A stretch of 64,000 bases of DNA from Candidatus Woesebacteria bacterium. GTDB taxonomy: Bacteria > Patescibacteriota > Microgenomatia > UBA8517. A model generated the notes under the pieces. The model was not told the DNA's origin. It ran no database searches and saw only the letters and a list, made by a program, of their open reading frames with translations. Each line of letters opens with the position of its first letter. Positions within the stretch are counted from its first letter, which is position 1. Made by a program: the position numbers and the translations under genes. The stretch lies in the NCBI GenBank assembly GCA_016432365.1, contig CP066686.1, forward strand, positions 793,501 through 857,500. Direction: 5' to 3'. Positions 19,493-28,542 of the stretch are shown here, piece by piece.

Positions 19493-21334
19493 ATGGAGAT
19501 TCTGCATAATTCTTCATCGCCTGAGTTAGTACTACCCCCCAGGTTGGAAGATTTGATTGCAAAAGAGCCACTGCTTCAAAAAGCATGGGCTGTTGCAGAA
19601 GAAAATCATGCAGGACAATTCAGAAAAGACGGAGTTACTCCTTATTTTACCCACTGCGTGGGAGTAACAAGAATAATGTATGAAGAGTGGGGAATAACTG
19701 ACCCGGAAAAACTTGCTGTAGGACTCCTTCATGACACGGTTGAGGATACCAATTTGACAATTGAAGATATCCATATCGCCTTCGGTGAAGAAGTGGCCTT
19801 TGGCGTTGAAAGTGTTACCCAATTTAGTCCGGAAAAAGAAGCAAAGCAGATTAAGACAGTGGCCGATCTTGAAAATGTCAGAAAGGTTTTTGCAAAAACT
19901 TTGGTCAAACCGATTGTGGCTATTTATAAACTCGCGGATAGGCTTTATAACATGAGAGATATGGCTACAATGCCTCAGGAAAAGCGCGTGGCAAAGGCTA
20001 TTGAAACTCTAAATGATTACGCACCGCTTGCAGAGTCACTTGGTATGTGGGTAGTAAAAAGAGAGTTGGAAAATTTATCACTTCAATTTACCGATCCAAA
20101 AAATTTTGATATTTACTCAGATTTGATGGAAAAAGATCCCCGTACAAATGAGCATTTTATTGCTTATATGACATCATTTTTAACCGAAAAGTTAACAAAC
20201 GAGGGGATTGGATGTGAAGTATCCTACCGCAAAAACAGTTTGGCAAGAATTATGGATAAGGCGAAAAATAATCTATTTAAAGATATTGACGATGTAATAA
20301 GTTTCCGTGTAATGGTTAATGCAAAAGATGAAAGAAGTGTCAGGGATGAATGCATGAAAGTGCTTGGTATTATTTGGGAAGAGTTTGGAGGCACCGAGGA
20401 TCAAAAAAGATTTGATAATTTTTATTTTGTTCCCAGAGACAATGGCTATAGCGCTTTTCAGGTAACGCTAAATCTCCCCCAAGGCGCCGTTAAAATCGCT
20501 GTGGCTTCAAAAGAGAAAGAAGATTACAACAATTGGGGCGTCTTGAGTTTACTTAAAAAAGGGGAAACCGACCTCAAAAAATATGCTTTAAAACTTGTTT
20601 TTACTCCGGCTGGCGAAGTTAAATTTTTTCCATCAGCAGCAAACGGTTACGACTTCGCTTACCATATTGACGAAAAACTTGGGGCCCAGGCAGTAGAAAT
20701 GTTAGTCAACGGCGAAAAACGCGATCTTGCAACAATAATTCCAAACGGATCTGTCGTCAAAATTCTGGGAGGCGAAGAAAGAATTGCTCCTGATGCTGAT
20801 ACTATTTACCATGTTTTACCCAAAACCAAACAAAAAATCAGTAAGCAATTTTTGGAATTGGAAATGGCCCAACAGCAAAAAAAAGGCCGTGAAATTGTCA
20901 CAAAAATAATTTCTAAAAGAGGGCTATTAAACCTATATGATGTTTTGAGATTAAAAGAATATTCGAGAAAAATTATGGATATCCTGGACCAGCTTGGAAG
21001 CAAAAGTTCTTTAGCCAGGCTGTATCAATCAATCGGTTCCGGAGTTGTCAGTGAAGAAGATTTGGTTGCCGAACTGGACAGAAACGGAATAACAAAAGAG
21101 GAAATGGGTTTTACTTCAATATTTGTTGAAGGACCTGATGGGCCGGGACGACTTAATTTCTTTACCTCCGAAGTCGAGAAACTTGGAGGAAACATCCGTA
21201 GAAACTATGGGGAAAGCGCCAACCAAATTTTTACTCAACATTTAGTTATTGAGAATTTAAATGGGGAAGCAGAGAAAAGATTGGAGGAATTGCTTAAAAA
21301 AGATCCCAGGGTGTCTAAAGTCGTTGTTGTTTAA
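19493..21334 (+). CDS. rel: bifunctional (p)ppGpp synthetase/hydrolase (RelA/SpoT family)
   Basis: HD hydrolase motifs HAGQFRKDG..PYFTHCVGV and LLHDTVEDT. Synthetase motif RDNGYSAFQVTL. C-terminal TGS/ACT-like region. Confidence 0.8.
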   Translation: MEILHNSSSPELVLPPRLEDLIAKEPLLQKAWAVAEENHAGQFRKDGVTPYFTHCVGVTRIMYEEWGITDPEKLAVGLLHDTVEDTNLTIEDIHIAFGEEVAFGVESVTQFSPEKEAKQIKTVADLENVRKVFAKTLVKPIVAIYKLADRLYNMRDMATMPQEKRVAKAIETLNDYAPLAESLGMWVVKRELENLSLQFTDPKNFDIYSDLMEKDPRTNEHFIAYMTSFLTEKLTNEGIGCEVSYRKNSLARIMDKAKNNLFKDIDDVISFRVMVNAKDERSVRDECMKVLGIIWEEFGGTEDQKRFDNFYFVPRDNGYSAFQVTLNLPQGAVKIAVASKEKEDYNNWGVLSLLKKGETDLKKYALKLVFTPAGEVKFFPSAANGYDFAYHIDEKLGAQAVEMLVNGEKRDLATIIPNGSVVKILGGEERIAPDADTIYHVLPKTKQKISKQFLELEMAQQQKKGREIVTKIISKRGLLNLYDVLRLKEYSRKIMDILDQLGSKSSLARLYQSIGSGVVSEEDLVAELDRNGITKEEMGFTSIFVEGPDGPGRLNFFTSEVEKLGGNIRRNYGESANQIFTQHLVIENLNGEAEKRLEELLKKDPRVSKVVVV

Positions 21335-21342
21335 TTTTAAAA

Positions 21343-21882
21343 CTAATAACTTCTCAATTGAATTTGTGTACTTGAAGATATGGCTGTTGTTTGAGAACCT
21401 GTTCCGGCAGCGCTTTGCATTTCAAGAAAAACACTAACCGTAGGTGGGTTGGCTGCCGTGCCCGGAGCACATGTAAAATTACATGCTGTAACAAGCACAT
21501 CATCGGGTGTTAGTCTTCCTGAGCCGGAGGCAACGTAAGGGTCTGCCCCACTCATATTTATGCACGAAAATGAGGTTGCATCTCCGTTTTGATCAGTATA
21601 ATTTAAAATATGGTTATCGGTATTGGTGGCACAGTCGGGGACTGAGTTAGCATTTCTAATCTGGCGTTCTATAATACTCATGGTATAACCTAGGTTTTCA
21701 CTAACTTTTGTCTGAGCCTCGCTTTTCTTGCTTCCCTGTAAAGACAAAATAATTGAACCTGTAACAATGAGTCCTAAAAAAGCGAACAGTGTGACAACAA
21801 TCAAGATCTCAAGAAGCGACATCCCCTCCCAATTTTTGATTTTTGATTTTTGATTTTTGACTTTCATCATCTTTGTCTCCAA
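21343..21882 (-). CDS. type IV pilin-like protein (prepilin; real start probably 21870)
   Basis: Leader MMKVKNQKSKIKNWEG, then MSLLEILIVVTLFAFLG with Glu+5. The leader is encoded by a (TTTTTGA)x4 repeat. Confidence 0.7.
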   Translation of the reverse strand: METKMMKVKNQKSKIKNWEGMSLLEILIVVTLFAFLGLIVTGSIILSLQGSKKSEAQTKVSENLGYTMSIIERQIRNANSVPDCATNTDNHILNYTDQNGDATSFSCINMSGADPYVASGSGRLTPDDVLVTACNFTCAPGTAANPPTVSVFLEMQSAAGTGSQTTAISSSTQIQLRSY

Positions 21883-22319
21883 TCCGAAAAATTAGTAGCG
21901 CTTTTAACTTCATGCTTTCCCTGCGAATCTTGCCAGTAAACAGTAACGTCCGTTTCAATTAAGGTCTTATTATTATCGGTAGTTATACTAAAGTTCAACT
22001 GTCTTTTGAATAAAGTGTCGGAAACTTCGTCCCCATCTATACAGGCCCTCTGTAGAGTCCATGATAGGTCCTTTAAACACCAGACGGGGGATTGGGCCCT
22101 AACGAGAAATCCGTCAATGTCACCATCCCTCTGACCCCTAAGCCATTCAGTTGCCTGTTGGGCATATACAGCCGCCCGACTGCTGTTTTTTGAATAGGTA
22201 GAATTTCTTACGGATCCGGCAACCAGCGAAACAATCCCGGTGATTATAAGGGCAGAGACTGCTAAAGCAACAACTATTTCGAACATCGATTGTCCCGAAT
22301 TTATTTTTTTATTTGACAT
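21867..22319 (-). CDS. type IV pilin-like protein
   Basis: MSNKKINSG followed by QSMFEIVVALAVSALIITG, with Glu+5. Confidence 0.65.
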   Translation of the reverse strand: MSNKKINSGQSMFEIVVALAVSALIITGIVSLVAGSVRNSTYSKNSSRAAVYAQQATEWLRGQRDGDIDGFLVRAQSPVWCLKDLSWTLQRACIDGDEVSDTLFKRQLNFSITTDNNKTLIETDVTVYWQDSQGKHEVKSATNFSDWRQR

Positions 22320-22320
22320 T

Positions 22321-22872
22321 TCATTTGATCTCGCCTGACGAAGTTATAGTTATTACGAATGTGTTACTTATTCCCACCTGACTTACCGTAATTGTTGACT
22401 CTGCTCCGCTTACAAGGTTGGTTCCATGTCCCAATACTTTGAACTCAATTGGGTTGGGGGCAGGTGTTGAAAGAGTCATTCCGCTAGGTAAGTCAACTGT
22501 TTTAACTACAACTGAACCACCGGTGCAGTTTGCGGCTACAGAATATTGAGATGAACTATTAACTGTAAATATATATCCACCCAGACTATTCGGCGGGTTA
22601 CATTTTGCATCCAACGGTTTTTGCCCGGACAACGCCTGCTGTTGGGCGAGTCTCAGATCCCCCTGAATTACTTTCGCAATTCCGCTGACTGCCTGGCGTC
22701 TCGAAAAATCCCTGAAGCTTGCAAACCCAAAACCAAAAAGCATTCCTATGATTGTTAAACCCACAAGAACTTCAATCAGAGTGTAGCCAGAAACTTTTGA
22801 CTTTTGCATTTTGCATTTTGACTTAAACATCAGGGATTTGTTACTTTGTAGTTGCATGTTGCTGCTCCACAA
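22321..22872 (-). CDS. type IV pilin-like protein (real start probably 22830)
   Basis: Leader MFKSKCKMQKSKVSG, then YTLIEVLVGLTIIGMLFG. Confidence 0.7.
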   Translation of the reverse strand: MWSSNMQLQSNKSLMFKSKCKMQKSKVSGYTLIEVLVGLTIIGMLFGFGFASFRDFSRRQAVSGIAKVIQGDLRLAQQQALSGQKPLDAKCNPPNSLGGYIFTVNSSSQYSVAANCTGGSVVVKTVDLPSGMTLSTPAPNPIEFKVLGHGTNLVSGAESTITVSQVGISNTFVITITSSGEIK

Positions 22873-23318
22873 GAAGTGGCCGCAACAACCCCACAGGAAG
22901 TAGTAGCTCCACCTTGTTCAAGAGCTGCACACAGTTCGTATGTAGAACCGTCTAATGAATAATACTTGTAATCACTGTTGGGAGAAGTAGGGTCAAACGG
23001 AACCTCAGAAAGATAGATGTTGGTATCTAAACAAGAGGAAGTAGAAAGTCCGTCACCTTTAAGCTGCGCTCCAAGTGTCAATGGGTACTTATTACAATCA
23101 GCCTTATATATTTCGACAGCACTTCTTATTTGTTCCAGATCGGTCTTTCTTTTTGCGTCCCTGGCCGACTGTCTGGCACCCTGAAGTCCAAAAACGGAAA
23201 GGCCGATAAGAATTCCTATTATGGAAATCGTCACCAGAAGTTCGATCAAGGTAAATCCATCAGATTCGTTGTCTTCCCTTCTTTTCGACCTTTTTTGCAC
23301 TCTCAATTCATAATTCAT
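22830..23318 (-). CDS. type IV pilin-like protein
   Basis: Leader ...RREDNESDG, then FTLIELLVTISIIGILIG. C-terminal Cys pairs. Confidence 0.7.
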   Translation of the reverse strand: MNYELRVQKRSKRREDNESDGFTLIELLVTISIIGILIGLSVFGLQGARQSARDAKRKTDLEQIRSAVEIYKADCNKYPLTLGAQLKGDGLSTSSCLDTNIYLSEVPFDPTSPNSDYKYYSLDGSTYELCAALEQGGATTSCGVVAATSCGAATCNYKVTNP

Positions 23319-23334
23319 AATTCAATATTCAATT

Positions 23335-23847
23335 TTAGAGAGGGCATACCCCTCCTACCGGCAAATTCCAACTCGCCGTATCAATTGTTCCGACTTTTCC
23401 CCCTGAACAAATAACCCAATATTTATCGGAGCTCTCCAACTTATCCCACAAAACATATTGAGTTCCCAGTGCCGTTCCGTCCGAAGCAGTTCCATCTGAT
23501 TGATATTTATAAACGAAAAGACCTGTGGTGTCATTTACGCTTGGATCGGCAGGACAACCTGTCATAGACAAATCTGTACAGAGTGTGGTAGCTGCTCCCA
23601 CTCCTGAAGCATCCGGGCGTGATGGATAAAAAGTGTTATTTTTATTAGCGTAACTTTCCAGCGAACTTTGAAATTGTTTGATGTCTGATTTTCGTTGTGT
23701 GTCCCTCGCTTGGCGCTGAGCCGTGGTAAACGAAGCCAGTGATAGGGCAGCCAAAATTCCTATTATAGAAATCACGACCAAAAGTTCGATTAGTGTGAAG
23801 CCAAAACTTTTCGCTTTTCGCTCTTCGTTTTTCGTTATTGATATCAT
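23335..23847 (-). CDS. type IV pilin-like protein
   Basis: MISITKNEERKAKSFG, then FTLIELLVVISIIGILAA. Confidence 0.7.
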   Translation of the reverse strand: MISITKNEERKAKSFGFTLIELLVVISIIGILAALSLASFTTAQRQARDTQRKSDIKQFQSSLESYANKNNTFYPSRPDASGVGAATTLCTDLSMTGCPADPSVNDTTGLFVYKYQSDGTASDGTALGTQYVLWDKLESSDKYWVICSGGKVGTIDTASWNLPVGGVCPL

Positions 23848-24287
23848 TGTTTAATTTGAAACATCCATTTTGTTGTTGGACACCAAACGTCATAGGGTGA
23901 TGCGGCGGCTGAGACACCCTGAGCATCGCTGCTGTTTTCTAAACAAGCAGAAAGTGTATAGCTATTTCCGTCGGCACCAACCTCGTATTTATATGTCTGA
24001 TCCGATAATGGATCCCCGGGAAGTTTGCTCATATATGTTACTCCCGTGTCTGTCCAGGGTAACCCCCAAAGACTGTCGAAATAGGTTCCCACAGGGTAAG
24101 AATTTTTGTCATTGTAATAAAGTCTTAAAGCCGTAGCAATATTTCTTATATCTGATTTCCGTGAGGCATCCCGCGCCCTTCCTCTGGCGGAGTTAAGATT
24201 CGCCGAGACAAGTGTCGCAAGTATACCGATAATAGAAATAACCACAAGAAGTTCAATTAAAGTAAAGCCCCGGGCAAGTTTGTACAT
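23844..24287 (-). CDS. type IV pilin-like protein
   Basis: MYKLARG, then FTLIELLVVISIIGILAT. Contains the pilin-like stretch ARGRARDASRKSDIRNIATAL. Confidence 0.7.
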   Translation of the reverse strand: MYKLARGFTLIELLVVISIIGILATLVSANLNSARGRARDASRKSDIRNIATALRLYYNDKNSYPVGTYFDSLWGLPWTDTGVTYMSKLPGDPLSDQTYKYEVGADGNSYTLSACLENSSDAQGVSAAASPYDVWCPTTKWMFQIKQ

Positions 24288-24302
24288 AATTAAGTATATA
24301 AT

Positions 24303-24830
24303 TTATTCGGACGGTTTAGTATTACTGCTGGTTATGGCAAAGTTACAATATTTAGTACTTCCTCCGCACAAATAACTGCTTGCAGGCAAAAGTAAATTCG
24401 CGTCCTGCGTATTTTCAAGGTAAGCAAAAAGTTGAAACTTTTGATTGGATGGGGGATCTACTATACGATAATAATAACTTTGATCGGATGCCGGGTCCTT
24501 GGGCAAAACTTTAAAATAAATTGTTTTTCCGTCGCTAAATTGTCCGGATCCCCAAACACACAAAGTTCCCGTCGGGCAAGCCATTATTGAACCTCCGGAA
24601 TCATCGGGATATTTGCCGTAATCAGAGTAAAAAAGCTCAAGCGCGCTTGAAATTTGTTTTAAATCGCTTTTCCTTTCGGCGTCTCTTCCTCTTATTTGAG
24701 AGCTCCTGAAAGAAACCAATGCAATACTGGCCAAAACGCCTAAAATCGAAATAACCACGAGAAGTTCGACAAGTGTAAATCCCTTTGAAAATTTCCGCGA
24801 AGTGATCATACTAAATATAATATACAGCAA
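24303..24830 (-). CDS. type IV pilin-like protein
   Basis: ...RKFSKG, then FTLVELLVVISILGVLAS. Confidence 0.7.
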   Translation of the reverse strand: MLYIIFSMITSRKFSKGFTLVELLVVISILGVLASIALVSFRSSQIRGRDAERKSDLKQISSALELFYSDYGKYPDDSGGSIMACPTGTLCVWGSGQFSDGKTIYFKVLPKDPASDQSYYYRIVDPPSNQKFQLFAYLENTQDANLLLPASSYLCGGSTKYCNFAITSSNTKPSE

Positions 24831-24832
24831 AC

Positions 24833-25423
24833 TCAGTTTGTTTTCTTAAGAAAACGTTCCTCTTGACACTGTTCCAAACTTTTATCTGTTGTACAACCAA
24901 AAAAACGGCCCATATTGCAAATGCGAGCCCCACATTTTATATTTCTGGATACTATTTTTTGATCATATTCAGGTTGTCTCGTCTCCTCGAAAGAACCAAA
25001 AACTTGGAACGTGCTTCCATCAGAAAAGTAAGTATATGTAACCCCTTTATTTAAATCAGGGTCGCTCGGCATTTTCTTTAAATAAACTTTCGAACCCCCA
25101 GGAGTTAGATCGACGAGTGAGTCTTTACCCCACTGGCAGGGGACAAGATCGACAACTAACTTCCCTGTACTGTCCATCTGAGCTACTGCTCCATCTTTTT
25201 TACATCCAAGAATCATTCCGTCCCGGGAGGGTGGAAAAATGCCAAAATCATCCCGGTAGGAAATTAATGCATCTAAAATAGCTCCCATATCGTCCCTTCT
25301 AACCTGATCTCTGGATCTTTTTATACTTGAGGCAAAATTGGGAATAGATATCGCTATCAAGATAATAAAAATAATAATTAGCGACTTTGTTTCTTCTTTA
25401 TTAAAAAATTTCATTATTTCCAA
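24833..25423 (-). CDS. degenerate pilin-like protein (no canonical G/E+5 cleavage site)
   Basis: A hydrophobic N-helix followed by SIKRSRDQVRRDDMGAILDAL parallels the RDASRKSD..AL region of neighbouring pilins, but the prepilin cleavage motif is absent. Confidence 0.4.
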   Translation of the reverse strand: MEIMKFFNKEETKSLIIIFIILIAISIPNFASSIKRSRDQVRRDDMGAILDALISYRDDFGIFPPSRDGMILGCKKDGAVAQMDSTGKLVVDLVPCQWGKDSLVDLTPGGSKVYLKKMPSDPDLNKGVTYTYFSDGSTFQVFGSFEETRQPEYDQKIVSRNIKCGARICNMGRFFGCTTDKSLEQCQEERFLKKTN

Positions 25424-26067
25424 GGAGTGCAGTCATTACCGGGCAAACCACATTGTCCATAGCAACTCGAATTTTGATAATTAGGATCACACTCCGGCCC
25501 CGGACGAGCAGGGTCCCAAAGGATTGGCACACAGGCGCTATTTTGACATCCGTAAAAAGACGACGGAACGCCGGTTCCTGTTGGTTGGGGAGTGCCACCC
25601 GGTGGCGGAGTAGTAACCCCACTGGTACCCGCCGTATTAGCCGGAGCGTTTGGAGAAGTCGCAATATAATCAAAAGCTGAATTTGGTCCTATCCAGCCGA
25701 CTGTCGCAGAATCTAAGTGATTTTCAAATTTTGCGTAAATTCTATACCAGGAAGGACAAACACTATCTTGATATTCATAATAATACGAAGCATTTGTCGA
25801 AGGATCGCAGGGAATCTTATTAAGATATGGGGTAAGTCCGGTTCCGGGATTGCAAGTAACCGTCTGGGAAAGCGGGTAACAATTGTGGTCTTTCTCATAT
25901 TCCTCAACGGCCACCTGAATTCTTTGAATATCAGCTTTTCTTCTTGCATCCTTACCTTTGAATATCTGACCGCGGAAATAAGCAAGAGCGATAATGGCCA
26001 GTATGGCAATTATGGACATAACAACAATAAGCTCAATAAGTGTAAAGCCTTTCGTATTATTTTTCAT
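25414..26067 (-). CDS. type IV pilin-like protein
   Basis: MKNNTKG, then FTLIELIVVMSIIAILAI. C-terminal Cys-rich, Pro/Gly/Thr-rich tail. Confidence 0.7.
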   Translation of the reverse strand: MKNNTKGFTLIELIVVMSIIAILAIIALAYFRGQIFKGKDARRKADIQRIQVAVEEYEKDHNCYPLSQTVTCNPGTGLTPYLNKIPCDPSTNASYYYEYQDSVCPSWYRIYAKFENHLDSATVGWIGPNSAFDYIATSPNAPANTAGTSGVTTPPPGGTPQPTGTGVPSSFYGCQNSACVPILWDPARPGPECDPNYQNSSCYGQCGLPGNDCTPWK

Positions 26068-26086
26068 TTTTATATAGTCATATTAA

Positions 26087-26114
26087 AACAAAATGTCAGT
26101 TTTGACATTTTGTT
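26087..26114 (-). promoter_or_regulatory. perfect 12-bp inverted repeat hairpin between pilD and the downstream pilin
   Basis: AACAAAATGTCA-gttt-TGACATTTTGTT. On the minus strand it is followed by TTTTAATAT. Confidence 0.4.
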
Positions 26115-26143
26115 TGGCAAGCATAGAATTCCTATATACCGAA

Positions 26144-26183
26144 CTCAAAACATAAAGTTGTAAAACCGTCATTTTGTTTTGAG
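26144..26183 (-). promoter_or_regulatory. inverted repeat (9-bp arms, 22-nt loop) just after the pilD stop
   Basis: CTCAAAACA...TGTTTTGAG. Confidence 0.3.
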
Positions 26184-26187
26184 TTTG

Positions 26188-26940
26188 CTATAAACCTAAA
26201 AATATTAATAACTCATGACCAAATAAAAGAGTAAATAAAAGTCCGATTACCAAAAACGGTCCGAATGCTATTTGATCCTTTAGTCTTGCTCGACCACCTA
26301 GAATTAGTATGATTCCGGCGATTCCTCCTGTCAAGAAAGATAAAAAAAGCCATATAAGACTCAGCTTTAGTCCGATTAGAAGTCCACCAAAAACAGCAAA
26401 TTTTACATCACCTAGGCCCATGCCACGGCCACGGGTAAAAATGTGAATTAACAACAGTAAAAACGCTGAACCGAATCCGGCAAAAATATTTGGATACAAA
26501 ATTCGGCTATCTGTTAAAAACAGAAAAAGAAAGATCAAAAGAACTCCTAAAAAAACAAAATAATCCGGAATGATTTTATGCTCAAAATCAATTATAAAAA
26601 TCAAAATCAAAATTGAAAAAACAGAAAGTGAGTAGAGAAGTAAGAAAATGTTCATATTAAAAAGGTTAAACAAACACAAAAAGCCTAGGGCAGTAAATGC
26701 TTCAATTAAAGGATATCGGAATGAAATGTGTTTCTTACAATTTCTACATTTTCCACCTAAAAATAAATAAGAAAGTAGGGGAATATTGTCGTACCAAAAA
26801 ATTTGTTTCTTACAACTGTCACAAAAGGAACGACCCTTAGCGTTGGAAATTCCACGGGGATAACGCCACGAAAATGCTGCATAGAAAGATCCAAATACTA
26901 AACCGAGTAAAATAAACAACAATTGTTGAAGCAATATCAT
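26188..26940 (-). CDS. pilD: prepilin peptidase (A24 family, PilD)
   Basis: Zinc-binding Cys pairs (CDSCKKQ, CRNCKK), a multi-TM core and the GDVKF-type Asp motif. Confidence 0.8.
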   Translation of the reverse strand: MILLQQLLFILLGLVFGSFYAAFSWRYPRGISNAKGRSFCDSCKKQIFWYDNIPLLSYLFLGGKCRNCKKHISFRYPLIEAFTALGFLCLFNLFNMNIFLLLYSLSVFSILILIFIIDFEHKIIPDYFVFLGVLLIFLFLFLTDSRILYPNIFAGFGSAFLLLLIHIFTRGRGMGLGDVKFAVFGGLLIGLKLSLIWLFLSFLTGGIAGIILILGGRARLKDQIAFGPFLVIGLLFTLLFGHELLIFLGL

Positions 26941-27608
26941 TCAGGGACACATTCGGAGCAGGCTCCAGTTGTCCAGCCCGCATCATTAACTGCGGTGCAG
27001 GCTCCGGCGGCCGGAACTCCTGAAGCTGTAAGAGCTTGGGTTGTATCAAACATCTTGTTAGTGTTTGACGCTGCGCTTGCAATCAAGACTTGTCTGTTGG
27101 AATTTGATTTTGGTGACCAACATACATAGACAGCCGCAGATGCTCCCTGGGCTTTACCTACAAATAATTTAGCCTGGGTACTGGTTGGACCAACCCAGTT
27201 TTTGTTTAAAAATGTCTTTTGCAATTCCAACGAAGCTATAAGCTCACCCGAGTTTGCCGTTGTTCTACAAGACGTCCCGTTCGCTCCACAAACTCCAACT
27301 GAGGCGTCATCTGCACTCAAAAATGGAAATGCATCGTCCGGACCCTGACCAACCCCATCTAAACACTGCGTACCACCATTTGTTGTACAAGCAGACGAAT
27401 TCCAAGGAAAAGCACTATGAGAAACATAATATCTCTGAATGGCCGAAACAATCTGACTGGCATCCGCTTTCATTCCGGCATCTGATGCCCGATTTGCTTG
27501 TTCAATGGGGTTAATAGCCGCAATAACAATTGTTGCAATAATACCAAGAAGGGCAATAACAATAAGAAGCTCAACTAATGTAAATCCTTTGGACAGATAC
27601 TTTTTCAT
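26937..27608 (-). CDS. type IV pilin-like protein (first gene of the pilin array)
   Basis: MKKYLSKG, then FTLVELLIVIALLGIIAT. C-terminal Cys residues. Confidence 0.7.
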   Translation of the reverse strand: MKKYLSKGFTLVELLIVIALLGIIATIVIAAINPIEQANRASDAGMKADASQIVSAIQRYYVSHSAFPWNSSACTTNGGTQCLDGVGQGPDDAFPFLSADDASVGVCGANGTSCRTTANSGELIASLELQKTFLNKNWVGPTSTQAKLFVGKAQGASAAVYVCWSPKSNSNRQVLIASAASNTNKMFDTTQALTASGVPAAGACTAVNDAGWTTGACSECVPE

Positions 27609-27665
27609 CTACAAACTAGTATTCAATGTTTGAATAGGCTTGTCAAGTACCATTATGTAACAATA

Positions 27666-28202
27666 TTAAAATAACTTCAATTTCAGCCCGGCCAACATAA
27701 GCGCGGCCATTGAAGGACCATTAACAATTTCTTCGTTTTCAATCATCTGCAAAACTTCCTTGAACGAAACTTTCTTCATATCGTCAATGCCTTCCTCCGC
27801 TTTTTCGTTTTCTTTTGTTAATTTAACATCCTTCGCAACAAAAACGTGCGACATCTGTCCCGTCATGCCGGCCGCGACTTCCAATTCTCCTAATTTTGAC
27901 CAGTCTTTTGACACAAGTCCTGTTTCTTCTTTGAGTTCGCGTTTGGCTGCTGAAAGTTCATCTTGATTGTCGGAAGACCCGGCAGGAATTTCCCAATTAG
28001 ATTTTTTTGTAAAGTATCTGCTCAGATGTATCAAATAAACTTCGTTATCCCGTGTTAAGGGAATTATAAATACAACCGATGGACGGTCTATGACATAAAA
28101 AACTGCATCGCGTCCGTTGGGAGTAATGACTCCATCCTCTCTGACACTAAATCTTGGGTTTTTGTGAACTACTTTTGATGACTTTGTTTTCCAATCATTC
28201 AT
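27666..28202 (-). CDS. NUDIX hydrolase
   Basis: Nudix box EIPAGSSDNQDELSAAKRELKEETGL. Confidence 0.7.
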   Translation of the reverse strand: MNDWKTKSSKVVHKNPRFSVREDGVITPNGRDAVFYVIDRPSVVFIIPLTRDNEVYLIHLSRYFTKKSNWEIPAGSSDNQDELSAAKRELKEETGLVSKDWSKLGELEVAAGMTGQMSHVFVAKDVKLTKENEKAEEGIDDMKKVSFKEVLQMIENEEIVNGPSMAALMLAGLKLKLF

Positions 28203-28542
28203 TTTTTCTGATTATCTCGTGTTTAAACCACTTTTCCTGAAACTCAATTTGTTTTTCTATTTCCTCGTCTGACAAGGAGGAACCCTGTCCAACGACAATC
28301 AACTTATCTTCATTATCGTTCGTACGGTGAATTACAGCAATGCAAATACCTTTAAATTTATCCAAGGGTTTGTCCTCACCCAGGATAAACGCATCCAACT
28401 CATCTCCGTCACCCGAAGTTGTGTTCGGAATGTATCCATAGTTAATTGGATAAATATAATTATATTCAGGGTGTCTGCTCCCGAGAGGGCGGTCAATTAC
28501 AACTTCAACTTCTTTTCCCAAAAAATCTTTTGCGTTAAACAT
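28195..28542 (-). CDS. N-terminally truncated inorganic pyrophosphatase-like protein
   Basis: DRPLGSRHPEYNYIYPINYGYIPNTTSGDGDELDAFIL matches the family-I PPase signature D-x-D-x-L-D, but the ~40 N-terminal residues of canonical PPase are missing. Start taken at MFNAKDF. Confidence 0.45.
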   Translation of the reverse strand: MFNAKDFLGKEVEVVIDRPLGSRHPEYNYIYPINYGYIPNTTSGDGDELDAFILGEDKPLDKFKGICIAVIHRTNDNEDKLIVVGQGSSLSDEEIEKQIEFQEKWFKHEIIRKNE

